A stretch of 64,000 nt of DNA from Bacteroidales bacterium (GTDB lineage Bacteria > Bacteroidota > Bacteroidia > Bacteroidales > UBA10428), in contig JAWOJJ010000141.1 of assembly GCA_046481675.1 (NCBI GenBank), positions 3,100 through 67,099 of the forward strand, given 5' to 3'. The notes beneath the pieces were generated by a model. It searched no databases and was not told the origin of the DNA. It was given only the letters and a program-made list of their open reading frames with translations. Below, one piece after another: positions 1 to 9,190 of this stretch. The translations under genes and the position numbers were made by a program. Positions within the stretch are counted from its first letter, which is position 1. Every line of letters starts with the position of its first letter.

Positions 1-1254
1 TGATTTCTTTTCAAGCATTTCCATGATGAGATCACCGGTTTGATCAATCACCTGTCCGTTTCTCAGGTATAAATAGGATGCACCATAGCCCCGGTACCAG
101 TCATTGGGCAGCCCCAGGTTGGTCATCCGGGTAAGTCTTGGATTTGAGACGTTTTCAGCAATAACCTGACCACTCCATGAAGTTTCCCATTTATGAACTG
201 CAGCACGTGTTGGCTTAAGCATATACTTGTATGGATGGATCGGAAGAAACAGGTTATTGAACTCGTTCTGTTGAAAATCGGCTTTGTTGAAATATACAGA
301 GAGAATGTGTTCCATGTTGTTTGTACTGGTAAATATGTTGCCCCACATACCGCCTGCAAAATCGCGCGTCAGCTGATACCTGTAAGATTCAGTACTGTTA
401 TATACAATATCATCTAAATGTCCTTCGGCTCTTACCAGATCGCCAACAGTCAGGTACATTTGTCCCAGCAATGCATGCATAGCCCACGGATTCCAAAGAG
501 TAACCTCAAGAGCGGGGTCGGCATCCACCACGTCATGTTTAACACCTACATCCCTCACTTTGGTTTCCAGTTCATTGGCAAAATGGTCGACGATCAGGCG
601 TGTATCATAAAAGTTTTTGGTAAGCTCCACCGGTTCATTATAGGTGGTGTCGTTATAATATCCATCACGTGCATAGGTAATTGAAATACTATCAATATAA
701 GTTCCGGAAGTATTGACAAAGCTCTCAATTTCTTCAAGAGTGGTCAATGATTCAGGAATAAAAGGCACCCTTCCGTATATACGCACCGCGTTAAAATAGG
801 CCCATGCACGCATACAGAGGGCTTCACCATAAAGCTTGTGATAATTGTTTATTTCGCTTCCTTTATCAAGTACTTCAGGATGGTCTCTTTCAAGAACCAG
901 GATGAAATTATTGCAGGCAGAAATCAGTTTGAAGAACTTGGTAGGCTTGGCGTACTTGTTGTCTTTAGAGACATTGAAATTGTGAATTTCAACCAGGTCG
1001 GCATCAGCATTATTGGTGATGGTCAGCAGGTCGGCCCTTAACTCTCCCAGGATCATCAATTGCTCAACCATATCCTGCTGAAGCGCATACAAACCCATTT
1101 CAGCTGCCCTGTATTCATACCAGTCAGTGAACATCTTATCGTCTGTAATGTCGATCTCCTGATCGGGATTAAAGAAATCCTTACATGATGACAGCAGCAA
1201 AACAGTCATCATGACTGCAACGATAATGCCTGCATATTTCTTTTGCGTGTTCAT
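1..1254 (-). CDS. RagB/SusD-family outer-membrane lipoprotein (N-terminal 418 aa; 3' end lies beyond the left window edge)
   Basis: Absent from the ORF track because no stop codon falls in the window. The reverse complement from the ATG at 1254..1252 is open to base 1: MNTQKKYAGIIVAVMMTVLLLSSCKDFFNPD... (lipoprotein signal plus Cys). Further on, ...LYGEALCMRAWAYFNAVRIYGRVPF... is typical of SusD-like proteins. It starts 20 nt downstream of a SusC gene. Confidence 0.85.
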   Translation of the reverse strand, partial: MNTQKKYAGIIVAVMMTVLLLSSCKDFFNPDQEIDITDDKMFTDWYEYRAAEMGLYALQQDMVEQLMILGELRADLLTITNNADADLVEIHNFNVSKDNKYAKPTKFFKLISACNNFILVLERDHPEVLDKGSEINNYHKLYGEALCMRAWAYFNAVRIYGRVPFIPESLTTLEEIESFVNTSGTYIDSISITYARDGYYNDTTYNEPVELTKNFYDTRLIVDHFANELETKVRDVGVKHDVVDADPALEVTLWNPWAMHALLGQMYLTVGDLVRAEGHLDDIVYNSTESYRYQLTRDFAGGMWGNIFTSTNNMEHILSVYFNKADFQQNEFNNLFLPIHPYKYMLKPTRAAVHKWETSWSGQVIAENVSNPRLTRMTNLGLPNDWYRGYGASYLYLRNGQVIDQTGDLIMEMLEKKS

Positions 1255-1274
1255 AATTCTTCCTTGTAAAAATG

Positions 1275-4200
1275 TTATAATCCAACTTTTATACCAGCAA
1301 CAAACTGCCGCACCTGGGGTATCATGCCATAGTCAATTCCCTGCTCGTTCTGGTTGTATGAATAACTGAATTCCGGATCATATCCCAGGTATTTGGTAAA
1401 TGTGAACAGGTTACTGGCTGAAATGTAAAACTCAGCGTTTCTGAATGTAAGAAATTCCTCAGGTATGGTATAGCTCAATGTAATGTTCTTCACCCTTACA
1501 AACGAACCATCTTCGATCCAACGCGTGGAGAAGGATGAATTCCCCATGGGATCTGCCCAAAGAGCCCTTGGAACATCAGTTACCTGGTTCTGGTATTGCC
1601 ATCTGTTCAGCGTGGTTACACTTTGGTTCTGAAGGCCCGACATCTGCTCGTTTTTTGAGCGTACATAATTGAATACATCATTACCCTGCACCAGTTGGAT
1701 CATGGTACTCAGTGCGAATTTCTTATAGTAGAATACGTTGACCAGCGATCCGATATAATCGGGAAGCGGTGAACCGATAGATGTCTTATCGTAATTGTTG
1801 ATCACACCGTCGGGTGTGCCGGCCGGGCCTGACAGGTCAGCAAAAATGGCATCTCCGGCACTGTAATGAATAAACTTGTCATTCACCAGGTTAGCTGTGG
1901 CTGCTGCCTCATCAGATGAATACACACCATTAAATACGTATCCATAGAAGCTGTTCACAGGGGCTCCTTCCATATTCACGATTTCACCTCCGGGAATTTT
2001 GGTAATCAACCGGTCACCTTTGATATCTACTACTTCACTTTTTACATTGCTGAGTGTCAACTGAACATCCCATTTGAAATTGCCGTTGTCCTTTATTCTT
2101 CCAAAGGCATAAAGTTCCCATCCCCGGTTCTTCATCTTTCCGGAGTTTTCCATCCGGTAGTCTTCTCCAATATAGGCACTTATCGGACTAAATATCAACA
2201 TATTCTTAGTCTGCGCCAGGAATACATCCACGGAGGCTCTGATCCGGTTTCCCCATACAGCAATGTCCACGCCTGTATTCAACTGTGTGACCGTTTCATA
2301 AGTAAGCTTTTCATTGGCAACCGTGGCCGGGTAAAGCCCCGCTGTTCTGTAGAACTTAACTGTTTTGTAATACCTGGATGCACTGGATTCGCCGATATCA
2401 TCGTTGCCGGTTTTGCCATATGATAAGCGCCATTTCAGGTCTTCGATCCATCCTTTATTTTTCAGGAAGTTTTCACTCGACAACCGCCAGGCAATTCCTC
2501 CCGAATAAAAGAATCCGAAAGGCACTGCTCCAATTTTCATTGTATTGTCTGCCTCATCACCAACCCGTGATGATCCGTCGAGCGAAAGACTGGCAGTAAC
2601 CAGGTATTTGTCCTTATAGGTATAAACCAGGTTTTCATAAAGCGAGAACCAGTTCCACGCCCTGTTCTGCCCGCCGATCTCCCGCAGGTTGTCTTTACCC
2701 TGGTTCAATGAACGATACTGGTCGTTTTCAGGAGAATTTTTTGTCATTCCCCAATCATATTCAAACTTGTTGGTTTGCAAATTAAACCCGGTCATGGAGG
2801 AAATCGTCTGGTTTTCACCGAGTGATTTGTTGTAACTCAGGTAGGTATTGTTGTAAAAAGTTTTCAGGTCATTATTTCCGGCCTGTGAAACATTGTAAGC
2901 TTCATCATTGAAATAATGTTCCATACCATGGTTGGGAAGGAACATTTGTTCTTTCAGGATGCTGTAGGTCATGCTGAATTTGCTTTTCAGCATGACGCTC
3001 CGGGTCACCGAAGCTTCCAGCCCCATAGCAAAAACAAAGGTTGAATTGGTATTTTTTGCTTCATAATTGTCAATCACAGCAACCGGGTTACTCACACCCA
3101 ATTCGTCAACTTCAGTGAATGCGGAAATCTCCTGGTCCTGCTCGTCATACTGGTATGGATTGAGCATGGGTGATTTGGCCAAACCGGTCAGAATCGGGCT
3201 GGTTTCTTTTGAAGTGGCAGCATCTTTGAGTTTTGACTTGTTGAAATTCAGTGATACGCCTGCATTCATCTTGAGCCAGTCGAACACGTTCAACCTGCTT
3301 ACAAATCTCAGGTTATAGCCGTTATAGGAGGTTTTTTTGATGGTTCCGTTGTTGTTGATGAATCCGAAAGAAAGACCGTAGGTGGCAATTTCATCTCCAC
3401 CTTTAACATTCACATTCAGATTATAAAAACCTGAATTTTTGAATATCTCTTTTTGCCAGTTTGTATTATGTTGATAATTAATATATTCAGCATCATCCTC
3501 GGTATAAAACAAAGAAGGATACTCTTCAATTATATCTTCTTCAAATTTCCCGGATGTAAAAAGTGTTTCATGAATGAGCGTTTTGTGCTGCTCGGCATTC
3601 AACTGGGGTATTAAGTTGGCAGGTGCCAGTGAAAACCCGGTTCTCAAATCCAGCTCAATGGTAGTTTGTGTAACACTGGGATCAAGTGTTTCAATCAAAA
3701 TAAGCCCGTTGGAACCACGCGAACCATAAGCAGCAGAAATGGCAGGATCCTTAACAACAGTAACTTTTGAAATGTCAAAGGTGTTCATTTCAAGCAGCGG
3801 GTTGTATGCAAATCCCTGAATACCTGATCCGAAGATACCGGTGGGAGTTACCGGAATTCCGTCGATTAATACCAGTGGCTGAATATTGGCATTTAACGAA
3901 TTAATACCGCGAAGATTCATAAAAGCACCACTGCCCGGCATTCCTGAACCGCTGGTCACATTCAGGCCCGCTACCTTACCGGCAATATACTGATCAATGG
4001 ACATGGCACCTGAATGATCCAGGTCTTTCAAATCTACGGTTGAAAAAGCTGCAGCAATATTTCGCACGGCAACAGGCCTTTCCAACATAACAATCTGATC
4101 GTCACCGGAAAACAGGTCATTAGGTGTAAGATAAACTTCCAGTTGCTCGCGGTAATTCAGGTATAGTCTCTTGGGCTTGAAGTCACCTGTAGGAGAAACG

Positions 4201-4481
4201 ATCAACCAGTCTTCACCCGATGTGGCAACTACCGTGAATTCTCCTGCATCATTAGTAAGAACAGGCATTTCAAGTGATCCCGCAATGCTTATTGATACAT
4301 CTTTCAGCGGCTTGTTGACATCTGAATAAACCACACCTTTAACCATCAGTGTATCCTGAGCCTGGATGATTCCTGCTGCCCAAATAAATACAGACACCAA
4401 AACTACCCTGATTGGTTTAAATACCCTGCAGATTGTCAGCATCATGTTTGTTTTTTTATAAAGAAAATAAGAAGTTAACAT
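1275..4481 (-). CDS. SusC/RagA-family TonB-dependent outer-membrane transporter
   Basis: 1068-aa ORF. A signal peptide is followed directly by a carboxypeptidase-regulatory-like domain (MVKGVVYSDVNKPLKDVSISIAG...), a plug region and a long beta-barrel ending ...RQFVAGIKVGL. It pairs with the downstream SusD. An alternative ATG start exists at 4445 (MMLTICRV...). Confidence 0.9.
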   Translation of the reverse strand: MLTSYFLYKKTNMMLTICRVFKPIRVVLVSVFIWAAGIIQAQDTLMVKGVVYSDVNKPLKDVSISIAGSLEMPVLTNDAGEFTVVATSGEDWLIVSPTGDFKPKRLYLNYREQLEVYLTPNDLFSGDDQIVMLERPVAVRNIAAAFSTVDLKDLDHSGAMSIDQYIAGKVAGLNVTSGSGMPGSGAFMNLRGINSLNANIQPLVLIDGIPVTPTGIFGSGIQGFAYNPLLEMNTFDISKVTVVKDPAISAAYGSRGSNGLILIETLDPSVTQTTIELDLRTGFSLAPANLIPQLNAEQHKTLIHETLFTSGKFEEDIIEEYPSLFYTEDDAEYINYQHNTNWQKEIFKNSGFYNLNVNVKGGDEIATYGLSFGFINNNGTIKKTSYNGYNLRFVSRLNVFDWLKMNAGVSLNFNKSKLKDAATSKETSPILTGLAKSPMLNPYQYDEQDQEISAFTEVDELGVSNPVAVIDNYEAKNTNSTFVFAMGLEASVTRSVMLKSKFSMTYSILKEQMFLPNHGMEHYFNDEAYNVSQAGNNDLKTFYNNTYLSYNKSLGENQTISSMTGFNLQTNKFEYDWGMTKNSPENDQYRSLNQGKDNLREIGGQNRAWNWFSLYENLVYTYKDKYLVTASLSLDGSSRVGDEADNTMKIGAVPFGFFYSGGIAWRLSSENFLKNKGWIEDLKWRLSYGKTGNDDIGESSASRYYKTVKFYRTAGLYPATVANEKLTYETVTQLNTGVDIAVWGNRIRASVDVFLAQTKNMLIFSPISAYIGEDYRMENSGKMKNRGWELYAFGRIKDNGNFKWDVQLTLSNVKSEVVDIKGDRLITKIPGGEIVNMEGAPVNSFYGYVFNGVYSSDEAAATANLVNDKFIHYSAGDAIFADLSGPAGTPDGVINNYDKTSIGSPLPDYIGSLVNVFYYKKFALSTMIQLVQGNDVFNYVRSKNEQMSGLQNQSVTTLNRWQYQNQVTDVPRALWADPMGNSSFSTRWIEDGSFVRVKNITLSYTIPEEFLTFRNAEFYISASNLFTFTKYLGYDPEFSYSYNQNEQGIDYGMIPQVRQFVAGIKVGL

Positions 4482-4546
4482 GTTGAAGTATTTTCACATT
4501 CATAATCATCAATTACCTGTTGACCCTGTCTTCAATCACCTTACGA

Positions 4547-6082
4547 TCAATCATATGGAACGAAATCGATATAATCAAGCACCAGTCCGTTCGATGTCAG
4601 ATTACTCGGCCCTTTATATTCGATCCGTATTTTGGCCTGCCCGTATGTTTCCAGAACATCAAGCCAGCAGTCGAAACGGTTGTAGCCGTCTGATGATGGC
4701 CTGTAACGCACACCGGTAACACTATAGATAATTCCACTGTTAGGAGGGTTGTAAACGGCATAATCAAAGGTCTTCACCAGTTGATCGTTTACATAAATTT
4801 CATACAATCCGCCTATCCTCATGATGGTCCTGAAAACCATCAGGTATCTGCGTGGGAATAAGGTCTTCAAATTGAACTTCAGGTTGAACTGACCGGTATA
4901 CCTGCTCGGGAAACTCACTCTGATAACCGTATCGTTGGATGCACTCTGGATATATTCCTGCATGGGCTTGAATACCTGAGAAGATGTTACGGTAACACCC
5001 TGTTCCCAGACATAAACCGTGGAACTGTATGTTTTCAAAAGCTCCTCAGCTTCAAACCGGTAAGGCGTGTTGTATAAGGTGTCAGGAACCTTAAAATTTG
5101 AATAATTGTAAGCATAACCATTGCTGCAAATTGTTTTCTCGCCCGGCTGATAGTCTATATCTACACTGTCCCCCAGAATGTTCATCAATCTTACTGTATC
5201 TGTTATGGTTTTACGGAGAAACTCTTCACGTTCGAGCATGGTCGCAAACACTCCATGCTCCAGCAGGTAAGGGATCAGAATTTCCTGCTGCCATTCCATT
5301 GGAATATCCGTGTAATCGGTATATCCTGCGTTCATGGATTGTGCCATCAGGGTGAGTGCACTATTGTAGTTCTCTTCCTTAGGAAATACTATGGTTGCCG
5401 TTTTGAACCGGTACTCCTCAGAAACTGCAAAAAACTCTTCTTCAAACATGTTTCTGATGATGGGAACCGTGTCATAAATGGTGTTACCGTTTTCATCAAA
5501 TCCTTTCGGGATACTTTTTTCCATGTCTATTTCAATCGAATCCTGGCTGTCGATGTATGCTTTCAGTACCGGATTGGTTTCCGAAATATACTCATACAGG
5601 TTTGGCCTGGGTTTTGCAACCTGCGACATAATGAAATACTTACCATTCCGGTAAAGAGGACTTTCAAAAGTCAACGCCGCATCATCCAGAAATAACCCGC
5701 CCGTGGTGTTTGAGAACAGCGAGTACTTTTCGGCCAATGTTTGTATCTTCCTATTCCCGATGATGGCAACCGACTGAACAAAAAACGGTGCAATCAGGTA
5801 GTTCATGACCCGCAGTGTAACACTGTCTTCGGCCAGGAACTGGCTGAAGGCTTCGTTCGTTGGCACAAACAGGGTGTACGTATTATCCTTTAAAAACAAG
5901 GTATCATACTTGTACTGTTTCATGTAATTTACAAAATCCGATACACCGGCATCTTTCTGTAAAGCATCCCACACACTTACGTTACTTGTTTCAGGCTGGG
6001 AATCAAAATGCTCGTTCCAGTCTTCCTTACAGCCTATCAACAGAAGAAAGAATGCCAATCCCAATATGCTTATCTTTTCCAT
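4547..6082 (-). CDS. Fasciclin (FAS1) domain lipoprotein with CBM-like C-terminal beta-sandwich
   Basis: The track start at 6109 is a TTG codon. The ATG at 6082 gives MEKISILGLAFFLLLIGCKED (lipobox). A FAS1 signature is present (YTLFVPTNEAFSQFL). The C-terminal ~120 aa (...YEIYVNDQLVKTFDY...LVLDYIDFVPYD) resemble a carbohydrate-binding-module-like sandwich. Confidence 0.8.
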   Translation of the reverse strand: MEKISILGLAFFLLLIGCKEDWNEHFDSQPETSNVSVWDALQKDAGVSDFVNYMKQYKYDTLFLKDNTYTLFVPTNEAFSQFLAEDSVTLRVMNYLIAPFFVQSVAIIGNRKIQTLAEKYSLFSNTTGGLFLDDAALTFESPLYRNGKYFIMSQVAKPRPNLYEYISETNPVLKAYIDSQDSIEIDMEKSIPKGFDENGNTIYDTVPIIRNMFEEEFFAVSEEYRFKTATIVFPKEENYNSALTLMAQSMNAGYTDYTDIPMEWQQEILIPYLLEHGVFATMLEREEFLRKTITDTVRLMNILGDSVDIDYQPGEKTICSNGYAYNYSNFKVPDTLYNTPYRFEAEELLKTYSSTVYVWEQGVTVTSSQVFKPMQEYIQSASNDTVIRVSFPSRYTGQFNLKFNLKTLFPRRYLMVFRTIMRIGGLYEIYVNDQLVKTFDYAVYNPPNSGIIYSVTGVRYRPSSDGYNRFDCWLDVLETYGQAKIRIEYKGPSNLTSNGLVLDYIDFVPYD

Positions 6083-6095
6083 ACTTTCCTGAAAA

Positions 6096-7685
6096 TTAAA
6101 TTGGTTCAAATCTAATATAATCCCAACTGAATGAGCCCGGTATCAATGATCTGATCTGGATGGTATGTTCCTGATATCTCAGGAAATTCATCGTGCCCAG
6201 TTCAATCCTTACAAATGGTGCACTGGCTGTAGGCGAACCTGTGTTAGCCAGGTCAACAGTTCCACCGATCGGCCTCCCGTCAATAAACACCTCAATCACA
6301 GCATTCAGGTCATCGTAGGTATCAGCCTGAAGGAAAACCTTGTAGTTACCCTGCACCAGTTTGGGTATGGTGTAGTTGATCACAAAATCTCCGTCGAGCA
6401 TAATGTAATCATTGCTCCAGGGCATGGTCATCCCGGCAGTTTCCTCCATCAGCACATAAATCAAATCAGAGCCTGTGTAGCTGATCACATCTAGTAATGC
6501 CGAATCCAGTTCGTCAATAAGGTAGCTCCCTGGTTCCAGCCTGTATGCATCAAAGAAATGCTCATTGTAAAACTCATATGTCTGAATGGCTTTTGAGGGC
6601 GGCTGTTGTTTCATTACCTGATTGATGAAATGAATTACACCGCTTTGCGTCATCACGTTACTGGCGTCATACAACATTCCGACATAATCTATATAGGTGG
6701 TGTCAGTACCCTTGATTATTGTATCAAAGACTTCTTTATACTTATTGATCTTGATGTCAATACCCGTTCCGTCTATGTGCAGCGGAATATCTGAGTAAGT
6801 GGCATAATTAGTACTAACCGGGTTTTGGTCGTTCTGGTAGTCACTCAAAAAACGCTTATCGGTTAAAATATGGTAAGCGACATAATTATACAACGGGTTC
6901 AGTGGATTTGTATAATCAGTTCTTCCCGGGCTGATTTTGTTTGCCAGGTCGGTCAGATTGAAAATTCCGCGCTTGTTGTAAATTGAATCAGGCTCCATAA
7001 GCAAGGTAAACGGAAGCTCATCAGGATCAGTTTTTACATTCAGGCTGAGTAATTCATCGAGTCCTGTGGCATCTACAGCAGCTTTAAAAACAGTAAACCC
7101 ATCATGCTGCGATATCCAGTCGTACGTGGTAATGGTTATGGGTTCCAGGGCGGCCCCCACCAGGTGTATAAATCCATTCGACGTTTCGATATTGGGCCTG
7201 ATGACCGGAGCCTGGTTGTTGATCATGTAATAGGAAGTATCGGGTTGAATGACAATGCCGACGGTAAGTACATCTTCCGACAGTGTTAACTCAGGAAGGG
7301 CTCCGAACGGGAAATCATTTGCGTCAATCTTATCATTCACCACATGAAACCGGCATAGTGTACGCACATAGACTTCATCATTGAGCAGATCATCGAGGGA
7401 TGCATAATTATCATTTCCGGCAATGAAAGTCTCAATTGCTGCATTATTCGGTAAAAATAAGGTATACCCGTCATTTTCACGGTTGTAAGCACTTATGGTT
7501 TTGTCCAGTTTTCCGGCTTCCAGAATTTTAAGAAAGCTGGAATACTCATCCTGATGCTCAATGATATAGTCGTATATCGTTAATTTCTCAACATCTTTAA
7601 AGGAAATCTCAAGGGCTTCCTCATCACAGGAAAGATTTCCCAGTATTACTGCACAAATACCCAATATAATCGCTATCTTCTTCAT
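6096..7685 (-). CDS. Fasciclin (FAS1) domain lipoprotein (two FAS1 modules) with CBM-like C-terminal beta-sandwich
   Basis: The signal/lipobox is MKKIAIILGICAVILGNLSCDEE. FAS1 motifs include YTLFLPNNAAIETF, NGFIHLVGAALEP, FTVFKAAVDATGLDELL and SGVIHFINQVM. The C-terminal region ...NYKVFLQADTYDDLNAVIEVFIDGRPIGG...FSWDYIRFEPI is paralogous to the tail of the 4547..6082 product. Confidence 0.8.
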   Translation of the reverse strand: MKKIAIILGICAVILGNLSCDEEALEISFKDVEKLTIYDYIIEHQDEYSSFLKILEAGKLDKTISAYNRENDGYTLFLPNNAAIETFIAGNDNYASLDDLLNDEVYVRTLCRFHVVNDKIDANDFPFGALPELTLSEDVLTVGIVIQPDTSYYMINNQAPVIRPNIETSNGFIHLVGAALEPITITTYDWISQHDGFTVFKAAVDATGLDELLSLNVKTDPDELPFTLLMEPDSIYNKRGIFNLTDLANKISPGRTDYTNPLNPLYNYVAYHILTDKRFLSDYQNDQNPVSTNYATYSDIPLHIDGTGIDIKINKYKEVFDTIIKGTDTTYIDYVGMLYDASNVMTQSGVIHFINQVMKQQPPSKAIQTYEFYNEHFFDAYRLEPGSYLIDELDSALLDVISYTGSDLIYVLMEETAGMTMPWSNDYIMLDGDFVINYTIPKLVQGNYKVFLQADTYDDLNAVIEVFIDGRPIGGTVDLANTGSPTASAPFVRIELGTMNFLRYQEHTIQIRSLIPGSFSWDYIRFEPI

Positions 7686-7688
7686 GGT

Positions 7689-9167
7689 CTAAAAATTATA
7701 ATATGGATTCTGAACCAGGTTCTTATTGCGTTCCAGTTCCGATTTGTATATCGGAAGATACCAGCTCAGGGGATTTGTAAGTTTGGTCTGGATAATCCGC
7801 TTCTGAGTGGAAGGAACATTCCGGACCATGATGTCAATCAATACGCTTTTACGGCTGTAATTATTCCTGCGGCCCATGCGCATCAGATCGAACCATCGCT
7901 TACCTTCAAATGCCAGTTCCTTGCACCTCTCTTCCAGGATGAAATCTTCGTATGCAACGGGTGAACTTGCCGGTACAGGTGTTGATGAAATACCACGTTT
8001 GGTGCGTACTTCATTCAAAATGGCATAGGCTTCAGGGTATCTTCCGAGTTGCGATAAAGCTTCCGCTTTCATCAGCAGTACATCGGCATATCTGTATACA
8101 ATCCAGTTACAACTATTCCTTGTGGTCCCCGATCTTTCTGTTCTTCCATCAGGTCGCAAACCCAGGAATTTCCATATAATAAATTCATCCAGGCCCACTT
8201 TTGCAATGGAAGCGTCTTCTCCCCTGACAGCTTCCTCGCTGTTGGTTTTCTTGCTGAAAATTTCCACAGCGTAATTGCTGGGGAGGTAATTTTTACTGTT
8301 CAGGTCGGTAAGTCCAACCAGACCATTCGACTGGCCCAATGATTGGTTAAACTGAAATTCAAAAATACCTTCCAGGGTGTTGCCCGGGTAAAACAATTCG
8401 AACCACCTGTTTTGAGGCATCAGGGAATAGGCACGTGATTGTTCGATATAACCCACATGCGTGATGCAGGTTTCATAGTCAAATCGCCAGAGTGCAATAT
8501 CAGCAATCAGTGCATCAATAGCGCCCTTGGTTGCTCTTCCTTTTACTTCCGGAATGGTCCGATAGCCGTCAATAGTAGCCCAGTTCCTTGCCTGTTGCAG
8601 ATCGGCCATAATTTTATCGAGAACTTCATCTTCTGTCGATTTTTCAGGATAAACAAATGAAGCATCCGTTATTGTTGGTTCAAGTACCAGCGGCACATCC
8701 TTAAAAATACGCACCAGGTAAAAGTAGCTCAGGCTGCGCAAAAAGTAAGCCTCCGATAAAAAGCCATCACGGATGTAATCGGTAAAGGTTTTGTCATTGG
8801 CTTGTACTTCCGGAATGTAATAGATAATCTCATTGCAGTAATTGATCACCTTATAAAAGTTCTGCCAGTTGCACAACCAGTTCTCGGGGTAAATGGTGCT
8901 TTCCATAAGCTGCCGTTCATTACCGGCCTGGTTGATATCGCCTTTAAGCATATCACCCCTCAGTTCGCCATATTTAAACAGATTTGAATGTAAATCATTT
9001 CTGAATGATGAATAAGCGCCCATGATAACCGACTCCACATCTTCCTTGGTCTTCCAGAACTCTTCCCTGATCAGTCCTTCCTGGGGCTCCCGTTCAAGCC
9101 AGTCGGTGCACGAAAACTGAACAAACAGGGCAAGTATCAGAAGTGATATTTTTATTCTCATTTTCAT
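7689..9167 (-). CDS. RagB/SusD-family outer-membrane lipoprotein
   Basis: The track start at 9173 is a TTG codon; ATGs occur at 9167 and 9161. The lipobox is ...LALFVQFSCTDW. SusD-like features include ...SEAYFLRSLSYFYLVRIFKDVPLV... and a C-terminal ...NPYYNF. It lies immediately downstream (17 nt gap) of a SusC gene. Confidence 0.9.
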   Translation of the reverse strand: MKMRIKISLLILALFVQFSCTDWLEREPQEGLIREEFWKTKEDVESVIMGAYSSFRNDLHSNLFKYGELRGDMLKGDINQAGNERQLMESTIYPENWLCNWQNFYKVINYCNEIIYYIPEVQANDKTFTDYIRDGFLSEAYFLRSLSYFYLVRIFKDVPLVLEPTITDASFVYPEKSTEDEVLDKIMADLQQARNWATIDGYRTIPEVKGRATKGAIDALIADIALWRFDYETCITHVGYIEQSRAYSLMPQNRWFELFYPGNTLEGIFEFQFNQSLGQSNGLVGLTDLNSKNYLPSNYAVEIFSKKTNSEEAVRGEDASIAKVGLDEFIIWKFLGLRPDGRTERSGTTRNSCNWIVYRYADVLLMKAEALSQLGRYPEAYAILNEVRTKRGISSTPVPASSPVAYEDFILEERCKELAFEGKRWFDLMRMGRRNNYSRKSVLIDIMVRNVPSTQKRIIQTKLTNPLSWYLPIYKSELERNKNLVQNPYYNF

Positions 9168-9190
9168 ATTCAAATGTTATTTACATATTG

